DNA from: Calditrichaceae bacterium
GTDB lineage: Bacteria; Calditrichota; Calditrichia; Calditrichales; JBFXGD01
DNA length: 64,000 bases
NCBI GenBank assembly: GCA_050173015.1
Contig: JBFXLE010000005.1
Span: 32,001-96,000 of the forward strand
Direction: 5' to 3'
The translations under genes were made by a program, and so were the position numbers. Under the pieces are notes generated by a model. It had not been told where the DNA came from. It worked only from the letters and a program-made list of their open reading frames with translations, and ran no database searches. Numbering within the stretch: the first letter of the stretch is position 1; each line of letters starts with the position of its first letter. Below, in pieces: positions 28,727 to 39,017 of this stretch.

Positions 28727-29959
28727 TTATTCGGAAACTTCTGTTTTTGTCTTCTTAACCGCATCCTTTGATTGCAACAAATCTCTGTTATAAAGTCTCA
28801 GGCTTAAAAAGGCGGCAATCAATATTAAAATGCCGGAAGTGATAAAGGGAAAAGCCGGGCCGTAAGCGTCAAAGAAAAATCCGGCCCAAAGGGGACCCAG
28901 CACGCGTCCCAACGATGAAAATGACTGATTTAATCCTAATATACCTCCCTGTTCATGTTGATCAGCGTTTTTGGATATCAAAGCAATGACCGAAGGATTA
29001 TGAAGACCGATTCCAAGCGCGATCATTCCAACCACCAGGAGAAAACCCGGAAGCTGAACCGGAATAGGCAATAGAATAAATGCGGTTCCGAGAATCAATG
29101 TAGCTGCGGTTATCAGTTTTTTTTCACCAAATCTCTTAGCAAGCGGTCCAATCAATACTCCCTGCACCGTCGCGCTGATGACGCCGATAAAAGCAAAGAT
29201 ATATCCGTTTTCTACGGCATCGTACCGGAATATACGCTCAGTGTAGAGAGCAAAAATTGTTTCAAGATTGGCAAAGGACATGGTAACCGTGAAAAAGATT
29301 ATGAAAAGCAAACCTATATTGGGATGTCTCACGGCATTAACTAAATTAATCAGGTTAAATCTCCGGTAGTCACCTTCGACCGGTCTTTGCTTATCGACTG
29401 TTTCGGGAAGTTTTAAATAGGCAAAAATAAACGCGAAAAATGACAGGGCGCCCGCGGCAAAAAGCGGAACCTGGTACCCTCCAAAATGGCTTAACAAACC
29501 TCCCATCGCCGGGCCGATTATAAATCCAAGACCAAAAGCGGCGCCCACCATTCCCATGCCTTTGGCCCTGTTCTCCGTCGAAGTGATGTCTGATATATAA
29601 GCCATCGCCGTCGGAACGGTAGCGGCGAAAATACCGGTGAGGATCCTGGCGGCGAACAACAGCCATAAGGAATCCGCGGTCGCGAAAATAATATGTGTAA
29701 CACCTGTACCCGCAAGGCTCAGGAGAATAACCGGACGCCTGCCGATCCTGTCTGACAACCGCCCCCAAATCGGCGCGAAAACAAACTGCATCAGTGAGTA
29801 AACAGTGATCATCGTGGCGATGGTCTTGCCGATCATCAAAGGATTCGTTACAAAATCTTCCAAATAGAATGGAACAATCGGAATGATCAGACCAAATCCC
29901 AGCAAATCTATAAAGATCGTCAGAAATATGATTAATAATTGATGTTTATTGTTTTTCAA
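28727..29959 (-). CDS. MFS transporter, TetA/DHA1 family
   Basis: Motif A GRLSDRIGRRP, motif C GFIIGPAMGG, about 12 TM helices. Confidence 0.92.
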   Translation of the reverse strand: MKNNKHQLLIIFLTIFIDLLGFGLIIPIVPFYLEDFVTNPLMIGKTIATMITVYSLMQFVFAPIWGRLSDRIGRRPVILLSLAGTGVTHIIFATADSLWLLFAARILTGIFAATVPTAMAYISDITSTENRAKGMGMVGAAFGLGFIIGPAMGGLLSHFGGYQVPLFAAGALSFFAFIFAYLKLPETVDKQRPVEGDYRRFNLINLVNAVRHPNIGLLFIIFFTVTMSFANLETIFALYTERIFRYDAVENGYIFAFIGVISATVQGVLIGPLAKRFGEKKLITAATLILGTAFILLPIPVQLPGFLLVVGMIALGIGLHNPSVIALISKNADQHEQGGILGLNQSFSSLGRVLGPLWAGFFFDAYGPAFPFITSGILILIAAFLSLRLYNRDLLQSKDAVKKTKTEVSE

Positions 29960-30123
29960 TTCAATAACTCCTTTTTCCCGTATATCTCAAATTCGCAGAC
30001 TCAATTCATTTTTCATTTTTAAGGTTAATTGAAGTTTTTTAAGAAACTGTTTGATACAGATTTTTAATATCCTTATTATTCATTAAACGTCGGCAATTTC
30101 TTATTTCTTAGAATAAAATTATT

Positions 30124-30636
30124 ATGAGCTTAAATATCGAAATAAAAGCCCGGTTTACCGATCCGGAATTATTTAAAAATAAAATTTCCGAGTTACAGAC
30201 AACGTATGTCGGCCGGGATCATCAGACCGATACGTTTTTTCATGTTCCAAAAGGCCGTTTAAAGATGCGGGAATCATCTCTCTATGGAAACATTCTTATC
30301 CCGTATATCCGAAACGATCAGGCCGGGCCTAAGAAGTCGGATTACACACTTATAAAAACAGATGATCCGATCAAAACAAAAGAGCTTTTAACCCATATCC
30401 TCGGGATTCGCGTGGTTGTAGAAAAAGAACGCGAAATCTATCTTTATGAGAATGTACGGATCCATCTTGATCACGTGAAATTTCTGGGTTCATTTATTGA
30501 ATTCGAAGCCGTGGTTGACGACGACTCGGAAATTGATAAAAACCATCTGAAAATTCAAAATCTGTTGAGCCATTTCAACATTCAAAAAGAAGATTTAATT
30601 CCCCTGGCGTATGCCGATTTATTGAACACAAAATAG
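30124..30636 (+). CDS. CYTH domain protein (class IV adenylate cyclase-like)
   Basis: NIEIKAR, QTDTFF...GRLKMRE, VEKEREIY, HLDHVKFLGSFIEFE. Confidence 0.9.
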   Translation: MSLNIEIKARFTDPELFKNKISELQTTYVGRDHQTDTFFHVPKGRLKMRESSLYGNILIPYIRNDQAGPKKSDYTLIKTDDPIKTKELLTHILGIRVVVEKEREIYLYENVRIHLDHVKFLGSFIEFEAVVDDDSEIDKNHLKIQNLLSHFNIQKEDLIPLAYADLLNTK

Positions 30637-30717
30637 ATTATAACGAAACCAAATCTTTCTATTGAAAGTATTAAACTTGTATTGAAGAACAAGTTATTAA
30701 TTTTATGGGATACCAAC

Positions 30718-31179
30718 ATGCTTGCCAAATTTGAATCATTCATACGCGACAACCTCCTCACAGACAAAAATGCCACATCCGCCACGCTTGAAAAAAAACA
30801 GATGGTTGCCACGACCGTGCTTTTTCTTGAAATGGCTTTTGCCGATTTTGAAATCAGCCCTGAGGAAGAAAAACAGATCGAAAGTTCTCTTATGAAGTTC
30901 TTTAATTTAGAGAGTTGGGAAGTTTCTGAACTAATTGAACTGGCGAAAGAAAAACGCAGCAGCCGAAATGATATCTGGTTATTCACCAATACAATTAAAA
31001 GTGAATTTACCCGTCAGCAAAAACTATGGATCATTGAAAAGCTATGGCAGTTAATTTTTGCGGATGGGAAGATAGACAAATACGAGGAAACGCTGATCCG
31101 AAAAATCACCACACTGCTCGGGCTCGAGCATGGCGATATGATACAGGCAAAACTGGCTGTAAAAAATAAATCAGCATAA
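30718..31179 (+). CDS. TerB family protein
   Basis: LEMAFADFEISPEE and LWQLIFADGKIDKYEETLIRKI metal-binding repeats. Confidence 0.85.
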   Translation: MLAKFESFIRDNLLTDKNATSATLEKKQMVATTVLFLEMAFADFEISPEEEKQIESSLMKFFNLESWEVSELIELAKEKRSSRNDIWLFTNTIKSEFTRQQKLWIIEKLWQLIFADGKIDKYEETLIRKITTLLGLEHGDMIQAKLAVKNKSA

Positions 31180-31198
31180 ATTCCCCGGAGGCGTATTT

Positions 31199-31780
31199 AT
31201 GAACCCTTCATATTCTGAAATCGTGATAGAGGGACCTTTCATGCTTCTCAAAGGCTTCCTTCTAGGCTTTTTATCGGTCCACAAACCGGACGGAAAATAT
31301 TTTTTCCATCGCAAGGCCGGTATCAGAAGGGAAACCTTCAAAGACTATCTGAAAGAGCTCTTCGAGTTGGATAATTACGTCCATCTTTGCCTGGAAACAG
31401 ATCTGATACAACCTTTTATTGACGCGACTCAGCTTTATACGCAAATCACGGATATGACCGTTCATTCGATAAAACCGATCAATAGCGCCAGTTTTTCATT
31501 TGCTTACGAATTTTACAACGAAGATTTGGCGCAAAACGCAAAGTCAATGATTGAAAAACCACCTAAAGGCGTGAATCTGGTGGATTATTATCCCGTTGAA
31601 TTGCGAGAAAATGAACCCGGTGGAGTGGAAGCATACGCGCCTCTTCATGATTATACTGCCCGGGCAAAGGGCACCTTAATGGGTGATTTTGAAGGTGTCA
31701 TCGATTTGTATATTTCCATAAAGAGAAGCGAGGTTTCGGAGTCCATTATCTGCAGTGATGTCCGTCTTGCTCTGGATTAA
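31199..31780 (+). CDS. Hypothetical protein
   Basis: 193-aa ORF with a GGAGG RBS, co-oriented with CYTH and TerB. No family recognised. Confidence 0.75.
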   Translation: MNPSYSEIVIEGPFMLLKGFLLGFLSVHKPDGKYFFHRKAGIRRETFKDYLKELFELDNYVHLCLETDLIQPFIDATQLYTQITDMTVHSIKPINSASFSFAYEFYNEDLAQNAKSMIEKPPKGVNLVDYYPVELRENEPGGVEAYAPLHDYTARAKGTLMGDFEGVIDLYISIKRSEVSESIICSDVRLALD

Positions 31781-31789
31781 TGTTTTCAA

Positions 31790-31839
31790 TAAAAAAACCG
31801 CAAAGCATGCAAATAATACAATGATGGCTGCTTTGCGGT
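31790..31839 (-). terminator. Intrinsic terminator of the fad-etf operon
   Basis: 11-bp stem ACCGCAAAGCA/TGCTTTGCGGT with a T run on the minus strand. Confidence 0.7.
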
Positions 31840-31880
31840 AATGAATCTTTCCTAACCTTTTCCGATTTACGATAAGGTTT

Positions 31881-32831
31881 TTATTTTGTATTTTTCAGCT
31901 CTTCAATCATTCTTGGAACCACATCAAAAAGATCCGCTACGATTCCGTAATCCGCGACTTTAAATATCGGCGCGTCCGGATCCTTGTTTATGGCGACGAT
32001 ATATTTTGAAGACGACATTCCCGCGAGATGCTGAATCGCTCCGGAAATACCAACGGCGACATAGAGGCTGGGGGACACTGTTTTTCCCGTTTGTCCGACC
32101 TGCTCGTCATGAGGACGCCAGCCCGCGTCAACCGCCGCGCGTGACGCGCCGTTAGCGGCTCCAAGCAAGGATGCCAGGTCTTCAATCAGGTGCCAGTTCT
32201 CGGGGCCTTTCATTCCGCGTCCGCCGGATACGATAATATCCGCTTCGGTTACATCGAGTTTACCTTTTGCCCCGGATATCATTTCCTTTACAACTGTTTT
32301 AAAATCCGTTGTCGCGGTTTCTTTGGTTTCCACCTGCGCGGTTGCCGGATTTTCAGCGGCGGAATAAACATTCGGGCGAACGGTAACCACTTTGTACTTC
32401 GACGTCAATTTTATCGTGGCTCTTACTTTCCCGGCATACATCGGACGAATAATCTTTAGATCGTCTCCATCGACTTCGACCTGTGTGCTGTCAGTTGCCA
32501 TGGCCGCGTTAAGTCTCGCGGCCACTCTCGGCGCGAGATCTTTTCCGGTAGCCGTTGCTCCCATCAGCAAAACATCCGCGCCCTGGTTTTCAACCGCTTC
32601 GGCAAGAATTTTTGCGTATCCGTCAGCGCTATAACTTGCGAGTTTTTCATTTTTATAAAACACCACTTTTTCCGCGCCATATTTTCCAAGCTGCTCTTCC
32701 AGTCCCTTCACTTCGGAACCGATTACCGCCACTTCGAAAGGTTGGCCCAGTTTTTTTGCCAGGGTAACATTTTCAAAAGCTATTTTTCTCAGCTCATTAT
32801 CTCTATGTTCAGCGAACACCAAAATTTTCAT
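31881..32831 (-). CDS. etfA: Electron transfer flavoprotein alpha subunit
   Basis: SGGRGMKG, GASRAAVDAGW, QVGQTGKTV, GISGAIQHLAGM. Confidence 0.96.
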   Translation of the reverse strand: MKILVFAEHRDNELRKIAFENVTLAKKLGQPFEVAVIGSEVKGLEEQLGKYGAEKVVFYKNEKLASYSADGYAKILAEAVENQGADVLLMGATATGKDLAPRVAARLNAAMATDSTQVEVDGDDLKIIRPMYAGKVRATIKLTSKYKVVTVRPNVYSAAENPATAQVETKETATTDFKTVVKEMISGAKGKLDVTEADIIVSGGRGMKGPENWHLIEDLASLLGAANGASRAAVDAGWRPHDEQVGQTGKTVSPSLYVAVGISGAIQHLAGMSSSKYIVAINKDPDAPIFKVADYGIVADLFDVVPRMIEELKNTK

Positions 32832-32897
32832 TGTACATTTCCTTTCTCGATCAGATTAATCATTTTTCGGTTTTTCAGACAATTACAACCGGTTGAA

Positions 32898-33647
32898 TCA
32901 GATTACTTTCGCTTCTTCATGGAGAAGTTTCAGCAATTCAGGAACCGCATCCGCGTCTTTTCCCACAATTTTTCCGGGATTTTTTGCGGGTGGATAATTA
33001 AATTCAATGATTTGTAATTGGTCTTCCGAAATCTGTGCATCTATCTGCTCAATCTGAATCTTTTTGGCGGCCATAATACCCTTCAATGATGCATAGCGTG
33101 GCTCGTTCAATCCTCGCTGCGCGGCAAGAATCGCCGGCATTTTAGTTTCGATCACTTCGTGGGCGCCGTCAATCTCGCGTTCAGCAACCACGGTATCTCC
33201 GTTTATGTCCAGTTTGATTACAACGGTTACCGCGGGAAGATCAAGTTTTTCCGCCAGCAGTGAAGCCATTTGGGAATGATCATCATCGATCGCCTGTTTT
33301 CCAAGCAGGATTAGATCATAATTACCCTGTTTAAGCACACCGGCCAGCGCGTCCGCGATGACAGCCGGGTCATTTGGATTCGCCTCCGCCTTTATGTGAA
33401 TCGCTTTGTTGGCTCCCATGGCAAGAGCGCTCCTGATGGCCTGGGTTATCCGGTCCGGACCCAGAGAAATCACAGTAACATCTCCACCGTTTTTTTCTTT
33501 TAACTTTAGTGCTTCTTCAACCGCGAATTCATCATAAGGGTTGAGAATAAACTGAATATCATCCTCGATTACCTTTTTCTTGTCTTCACTTAATTTGATG
33601 CGGGTTTCCGTATCAGGTACTTGTTTTACACATACAGCTATATTCAC
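32898..33647 (-). CDS. etfB: Electron transfer flavoprotein beta subunit
   Basis: VCVKQVPD, NPYDEFAVEEA, GKQAIDDD, NEPRYASL. Confidence 0.96.
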   Translation of the reverse strand: MNIAVCVKQVPDTETRIKLSEDKKKVIEDDIQFILNPYDEFAVEEALKLKEKNGGDVTVISLGPDRITQAIRSALAMGANKAIHIKAEANPNDPAVIADALAGVLKQGNYDLILLGKQAIDDDHSQMASLLAEKLDLPAVTVVIKLDINGDTVVAEREIDGAHEVIETKMPAILAAQRGLNEPRYASLKGIMAAKKIQIEQIDAQISEDQLQIIEFNYPPAKNPGKIVGKDADAVPELLKLLHEEAKVI

Positions 33648-33700
33648 ATCTGCCTCCCTTTTATACGGTTTTATAATTAATTATTTAATATTGTTGTACT

Positions 33701-35437
33701 CTATTGTGTCGTAAATGGATACTGTTTTTCCTCAATGATGAAATCCGATATCTCTTTTAAATCATGATCATCATTTTTATCGACCATCAGAAGATTCCTG
33801 CGCACCCTGCGCCACGCCTGTTCGCAAAACGCGTTACAAAGCTGGATTTCCTTTTGACACTTTTCGGCGCCTTTTTCATTGATCAGTGAATCTACTCTCG
33901 ATATGGTTGCGATCATTCCATACAGATCAATTATCGCGTCAGCAAGTCTGTGTTGAATCATTTCTCTGTAAATAATTTCCTTACCGTGCTGCATCAAAAC
34001 CCGTTCAGTGGTGATGTACAGGTTTTTCGCCCAGTCTTCAAACTGATTTTTTGAATGGCTGAGAGAAGAATGAACATCATGGATCCGTTCTTTTGAAATA
34101 CGCCCTTTTACCCAGTGGGTGGCGTAATCTGTCAATAAACCAAATCCTTTGATCGGCCCCCGAAGCGCTTTTCCGATTTTTTTGAGATATTCTCCCCGTT
34201 CCTGTACACCAGCCAAAGCAGTAAACATTCTTAATATTTCATTGGTTCCCTCAAAAATCATGTTGATGCGCATGTCTCTCATGTACTGCTGATATGGGTA
34301 TTCTTTCATATACCCCAGGCCTCCTGCCATTTGCAGGCATTCATTGACGCCTTCCCAGGCCATTTCGGTGGCTTTCACTTTACACATGGCCGATTCAAGA
34401 GAATAATCCACATCTCCTCTGTCAATTAAGGCGGTAGTCAGGTAAACCATGCTCTCGGACGCGAAAATATCGATAGCGATTTGTGATATCTTTTCCTGAA
34501 TCATTTCGAATTCAGCAAGTGTTTTTCCAAATTGTTTTCTTTGAGAAATATGATCAATCACAATTTTTAACAGTGATTTCAATCCGCCTATGGATCCGCC
34601 CGCTAATCCTAACCGGCCTGAATTTAAGACTTCCATCGCAACCTTAAATCCTTTTCCGGGCTCTCCCAAAACATTCTCAAACGGTACTTTGACATCTTCA
34701 AAATACACTTCTGCCGTTGACGATCCCTTTATACCCAGTTTTGCTTCTTCTTTTCCGGAAGAAACACCCGCCATATCACGGGTGACGATAAAGGCGCTGA
34801 TTTTATCCTTTATTTTCCCGTCTTTTCCTTCCAGCGGTTCTTTTGCAAACACTGTGAAAAAATCAGCGATACCGCCGTTGGTTATCCAAAGTTTACTGCC
34901 GTTCATGACATAATAGCCGTTCTTCTCATCCCGGACAACCCGTGTTTTAATGCCCGCGGCGTCCGAACCCGCCCCCGGTTCTGTAAGACAATAAGCCGCG
35001 ATCATTTCACCGGTGGCTAGTTTTGGCAGGTATTTTTTCTTCTGTTCATCATTTCCAAATAGCAAGAGGGCTTTCAGGCCAATCGATTGATGCGCGCCCA
35101 GAGTCAGAGCCGTGCCGCCTTCAATACCGCCGATGGTATCCAGCATTTTTACATAACCCGTGGTTGACAATCCAAATCCGTCATATTCTTCCGGAATAAT
35201 CATACCAAAGAACCCCAATTCCTTCAAACCCTGAAGCACTTCATCGGGGATTTTTGCATCTTCGTCAATTTTTGCGGCGTCAATATTATCTTCGGCAAAT
35301 TTTTTGAATGTGTCAATCATCATACTGACATTCTCAGCTTCCTCCTTATCCATTTTTGGATATGGGAAAACTAAATCTTCAAGGATTACTCCGCTGAACA
35401 ATCCTTTCGAAAAACTGGGCAAGGGTGAATCTGCCAT
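33701..35437 (-). CDS. Acyl-CoA dehydrogenase, ACAD9/VLCAD-like
   Basis: GAHQSIG, YCLTEPGAGSD, KLWITNG, RKQFG, IFEGTNEI and a C-terminal extension. Confidence 0.93.
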   Translation of the reverse strand: MADSPLPSFSKGLFSGVILEDLVFPYPKMDKEEAENVSMMIDTFKKFAEDNIDAAKIDEDAKIPDEVLQGLKELGFFGMIIPEEYDGFGLSTTGYVKMLDTIGGIEGGTALTLGAHQSIGLKALLLFGNDEQKKKYLPKLATGEMIAAYCLTEPGAGSDAAGIKTRVVRDEKNGYYVMNGSKLWITNGGIADFFTVFAKEPLEGKDGKIKDKISAFIVTRDMAGVSSGKEEAKLGIKGSSTAEVYFEDVKVPFENVLGEPGKGFKVAMEVLNSGRLGLAGGSIGGLKSLLKIVIDHISQRKQFGKTLAEFEMIQEKISQIAIDIFASESMVYLTTALIDRGDVDYSLESAMCKVKATEMAWEGVNECLQMAGGLGYMKEYPYQQYMRDMRINMIFEGTNEILRMFTALAGVQERGEYLKKIGKALRGPIKGFGLLTDYATHWVKGRISKERIHDVHSSLSHSKNQFEDWAKNLYITTERVLMQHGKEIIYREMIQHRLADAIIDLYGMIATISRVDSLINEKGAEKCQKEIQLCNAFCEQAWRRVRRNLLMVDKNDDHDLKEISDFIIEEKQYPFTTQ

Positions 35438-35483
35438 CAAATTCTCCTTTTCAAATCAGATTTGTTATTTAAAATATGATACT

Positions 35484-37619
35484 TTATTTATAAAATTTAT
35501 TTCCCGAATCTTTCAATTCAAGCAGATATTCGGACGGTTTGAATCTGATTCCGAATTGCTTCTCAAATTCTTCCAGGCTTTTAACGACATTATCAAGACC
35601 TTCACTATCGGCATATTTTAACAAACCTCCCCTGAACGGGGCAAATCCGGTACCAAAAATCATGCCCATATCAACGTCCTTCGGCCGCGACGCGATACCT
35701 TCCCTGAGACACCGCGCTGCTTCGTTGATCATCGGATAAACCATGCGTTTGATGATCAGATCGTCCGAGAGGCCGGTCTTATTTTTCACTGTGATAAAAT
35801 CCTGAATGGCCGGATCAAACTCTTTGGCTTTTCCTTTATAGCGATAAAAACCGATACCATTTTTCTTCCCGAGACGTTTTGCTCCAAGCATTTTTTCGAG
35901 AAGATCTGATTCCGCCATACGGTCACCCATATCTTTTTGCAGGATTTTTGCCACCTTATACGCCACATCAATTCCTACCTCGTCAAATAGTTCGATAGGA
36001 CCCATTGGCATTCCGAATTTTTTCATCACCCGGTCAATATGTTCTATACCGTATCCTTCTTCGAGAAGTGAAACCGCCTCCACCATGTAAGGTACCAATA
36101 ATCGGTTCACGAGAAAACCGGGGCCGTCGTTTACGACAATCGGCGTCTTGCCTGTCTTTTTTGTCAATTCAAATATAGCCGCTACAGCCTCATCCGAAGT
36201 ATGCTTACCACGTACAATTTCCACGAGGGGCATGCGATGCACCGGGTTAAAGAAGTGCATACCGACAAAGCGTTCTTTGTGCTTCAGCGCGTCGGCCATG
36301 TCATCAATTCTCAATGAGGATGTATTGCTTGCGATTATGGCATTTTCACTCACATGATTTTCCAGATCGGCAAGGACTTTCTTCTTGATCCCTAAGTCTT
36401 CCACAATGGCTTCAACGACCAGGTCGGCATTTTTAAATCCGCTGTAATCGGTGGTTCCTGAAATCCTGAGCATAATCTCACGATATTTTTCTTTGGTAAG
36501 CCGTCTTCGTTTCAGCTTGCTCTTTAAAACATCAGATGCCTGATTGTATGCTTTTGCCACCGCTTCATAATTGATATCCTTTACCCGAACATCCATATCT
36601 TTACTGGCAAACAGCTGCGCGATCCCGCCACCCATGACTCCGGCTCCAAGAACACAGGCTTTTTTCATTGGTTTAGAAGGGATTGCTTTATTATCGACAC
36701 CATTTTCCTTTTTAATTTCTTCCATCCAAAAAAAGAGCTGAACGAGATTTTTTGAAACCGGCGTGATTAGCAGATCTCCCAATGCGGTGGCCTCTATTTC
36801 AAGCGCTTCCTCCAGGGGCATTGACCGTGTCTTTTTTAAGGTATCCAATGCGCGCAGCGGGGCGGGATAATGTCCGCCTGATTTTTTTAACACCATCTTT
36901 TTCGCCTGTGAAAACATAATATTCCGGCCTATGGACGTATTTTCCAAAAATCCGTTCATCATGCCCTTTGGTTTTCTCCGGCCTGTATATTTATGTCCTT
37001 TTCCCGCAATGATCTCTTTCGCGAATTCAATCGCTTTATCTCTGACCCACTCGGCAGGTATAATCCGATCTATTAATCCTGTTTTCCATGCCCGCTTCGC
37101 GTCGAGATTTTTACCCGTCAGTATGATATCAAATGAACGCTGCAGCCCGATCAGCGCAGGCAGTCTTTGTGTCCCGCCCCAACCAGGCAAGATACCCAGA
37201 TTCACTTCGGGAAGCGCTATTTTTGTCTTTGGACTGTCTGACGCGAGGCGGTAGGTGCACGCAAGACTCAATTCTGTTCCGCCTCCCATGCATGCCCCGT
37301 GAATAACGGAAACAGTGGGGAAGGGAAGCGCCGCGAACTGGTTAAATATTTGCTGCCCCCTGCGCCCGGCTTCATAACCGTCTTTGGCATCAGTGACATC
37401 CTTTATTTCATTGATATCCGCGCCGGCAATAAAAATCCCTTCTTTCTTGCTCATTAACAGGAGACATTTTAGTTCTTTTTGATTTTTCAGCTGATTTATC
37501 TGCTCCTGAAGTTCCATCATTACCTCAGCGGAAAACTTATTTACTTTTTCTCCTTCAAGGTCGAAATTCAGGATGCCTATGGCTTCATCTATTTTTTCAA
37601 AGGTGAATGCTTTTCCCAT
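35484..37619 (-). CDS. fadJ: Fatty acid oxidation complex alpha subunit (enoyl-CoA hydratase / 3-hydroxyacyl-CoA dehydrogenase)
   Basis: FIAGADI, GGGTEL, LPEVNLGILPGWGGTQRLP; GAGVMGGG, SNTSS, GMHFFNP, GTGFAPFRGG. Confidence 0.92.
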   Translation of the reverse strand: MGKAFTFEKIDEAIGILNFDLEGEKVNKFSAEVMMELQEQINQLKNQKELKCLLLMSKKEGIFIAGADINEIKDVTDAKDGYEAGRRGQQIFNQFAALPFPTVSVIHGACMGGGTELSLACTYRLASDSPKTKIALPEVNLGILPGWGGTQRLPALIGLQRSFDIILTGKNLDAKRAWKTGLIDRIIPAEWVRDKAIEFAKEIIAGKGHKYTGRRKPKGMMNGFLENTSIGRNIMFSQAKKMVLKKSGGHYPAPLRALDTLKKTRSMPLEEALEIEATALGDLLITPVSKNLVQLFFWMEEIKKENGVDNKAIPSKPMKKACVLGAGVMGGGIAQLFASKDMDVRVKDINYEAVAKAYNQASDVLKSKLKRRRLTKEKYREIMLRISGTTDYSGFKNADLVVEAIVEDLGIKKKVLADLENHVSENAIIASNTSSLRIDDMADALKHKERFVGMHFFNPVHRMPLVEIVRGKHTSDEAVAAIFELTKKTGKTPIVVNDGPGFLVNRLLVPYMVEAVSLLEEGYGIEHIDRVMKKFGMPMGPIELFDEVGIDVAYKVAKILQKDMGDRMAESDLLEKMLGAKRLGKKNGIGFYRYKGKAKEFDPAIQDFITVKNKTGLSDDLIIKRMVYPMINEAARCLREGIASRPKDVDMGMIFGTGFAPFRGGLLKYADSEGLDNVVKSLEEFEKQFGIRFKPSEYLLELKDSGNKFYK

Positions 37620-37684
37620 TTTTTATTCCATTTTTAATATTCGGTAAAAGTCATCATTAATTACATCGGTACATCACTAATTCT

Positions 37685-38971
37685 CTAAACACGTTCCACT
37701 ATAAATGCCGCTCCCTGGCCACCACCAACACATAATGTCGCCAAACCAAGTTCAAGATCACTGCGATGCAATTCCTTTAACAAAGTAAGAAGCAATCTGC
37801 TGGCGGATGACCCTACCGGGTGACCCAAAGCTATGGCGCCTCCATTGACGTTCAGTATATTTTCATCAATCGCGCCCAGCGCCTTATCGAGTCCGAGATA
37901 TTTCTTGCTTAACGCATCCGATTCAAAAATCCGCATATTAGCGATCACCTGCGCGGCAAACGCTTCGTTCATTTCAATTCGCTGTATATTTTTCATTGTA
38001 ATGCCGGTTTTTTCCAAAGCGAGTTTTGTACTGTACGCCGGCCCAAGCCCCATCCTTGCGGGATCCAATCCCGCGAACGCGAATCCCTTAATCCTGCCGA
38101 GCGGTTTATAGCCAAGCTCAATTGCCCGGTCTTCGGACATGATCATGAGCATGGCGGCCCCATCGGTTATTTGGCTTGCGTTACCCGCGGTTACGGTACC
38201 ATTATGTCTGTCAAAAACCGGTTTTAGTTTGGCCAGCGCTTCCATTGATTGCCCGTTACGAATACCATTGTCTTTATCAGCTACTTTCTCGTATTTTGGA
38301 GGTATGGCAACCGGCATAATTTCCTGCTGCAGAATACCTTCTGCAGTGGCCTTCTCCGCTTTATTATGGCTTTTCATGGAAAACAGATCCTGTTCTTCCC
38401 GGGTAATCTTAAACTCACGCGAAAGAATCTCCGCCGTTTCTCCCATATTCAACCCGCAAAACCCATCTGTCAGGCCTAATTGCAGACCGATTATCGGTGT
38501 AAGAAATTTAAATTTGAATTGAAGCATGGTTGAAAGTTTCTGTCCGCCGCTTTTGGCCTTAAACAAGTTGGTCATCCATTTCGTGGCCGCTTCATTCCAA
38601 AGCAGGGGAATATTTGACATACTTTCAACGCCCCCGGTGAGATAAACATCACCGTCTCCCATCTGGATCCGGTACCAGGCATCGGCGACAGCCTGCATGC
38701 CGCTTGAGCAATTTCGCTGGACCGAAAAGGCTGGGATACTCTGTGGAAGCCCCGCAAGCAGAGCAATGTTACGTGCTATGTTCGTTGCCTCCGGAGGCTG
38801 AGCGACGTTTCCTACGATCACTTCATTAATTAATCCCGGCTCCAAATCCATTTTCTCAATCAATTCTTTCATCACAATCGCGCCGAGTTCGTGAGCAGGT
38901 AAACTCTTGAATTCGGTTCCCATCTTTAAATAGGGTGTCCGAAGGCCGTCCACGATAACCACGTTTTTCAT
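37685..38971 (-). CDS. 3-ketoacyl-CoA thiolase (FadA/FadI type)
   Basis: RNCSSG, NEAFAAQ, GGAIALGHP, LCVGGGQG and a GGAG RBS before ATG 38971. Confidence 0.95.
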   Translation of the reverse strand: MKNVVIVDGLRTPYLKMGTEFKSLPAHELGAIVMKELIEKMDLEPGLINEVIVGNVAQPPEATNIARNIALLAGLPQSIPAFSVQRNCSSGMQAVADAWYRIQMGDGDVYLTGGVESMSNIPLLWNEAATKWMTNLFKAKSGGQKLSTMLQFKFKFLTPIIGLQLGLTDGFCGLNMGETAEILSREFKITREEQDLFSMKSHNKAEKATAEGILQQEIMPVAIPPKYEKVADKDNGIRNGQSMEALAKLKPVFDRHNGTVTAGNASQITDGAAMLMIMSEDRAIELGYKPLGRIKGFAFAGLDPARMGLGPAYSTKLALEKTGITMKNIQRIEMNEAFAAQVIANMRIFESDALSKKYLGLDKALGAIDENILNVNGGAIALGHPVGSSASRLLLTLLKELHRSDLELGLATLCVGGGQGAAFIVERV

Positions 38972-39017
38972 ATGCTCTCCTGATTTATTATTACCAAACG
39001 GCAAAACCGTTAACATT

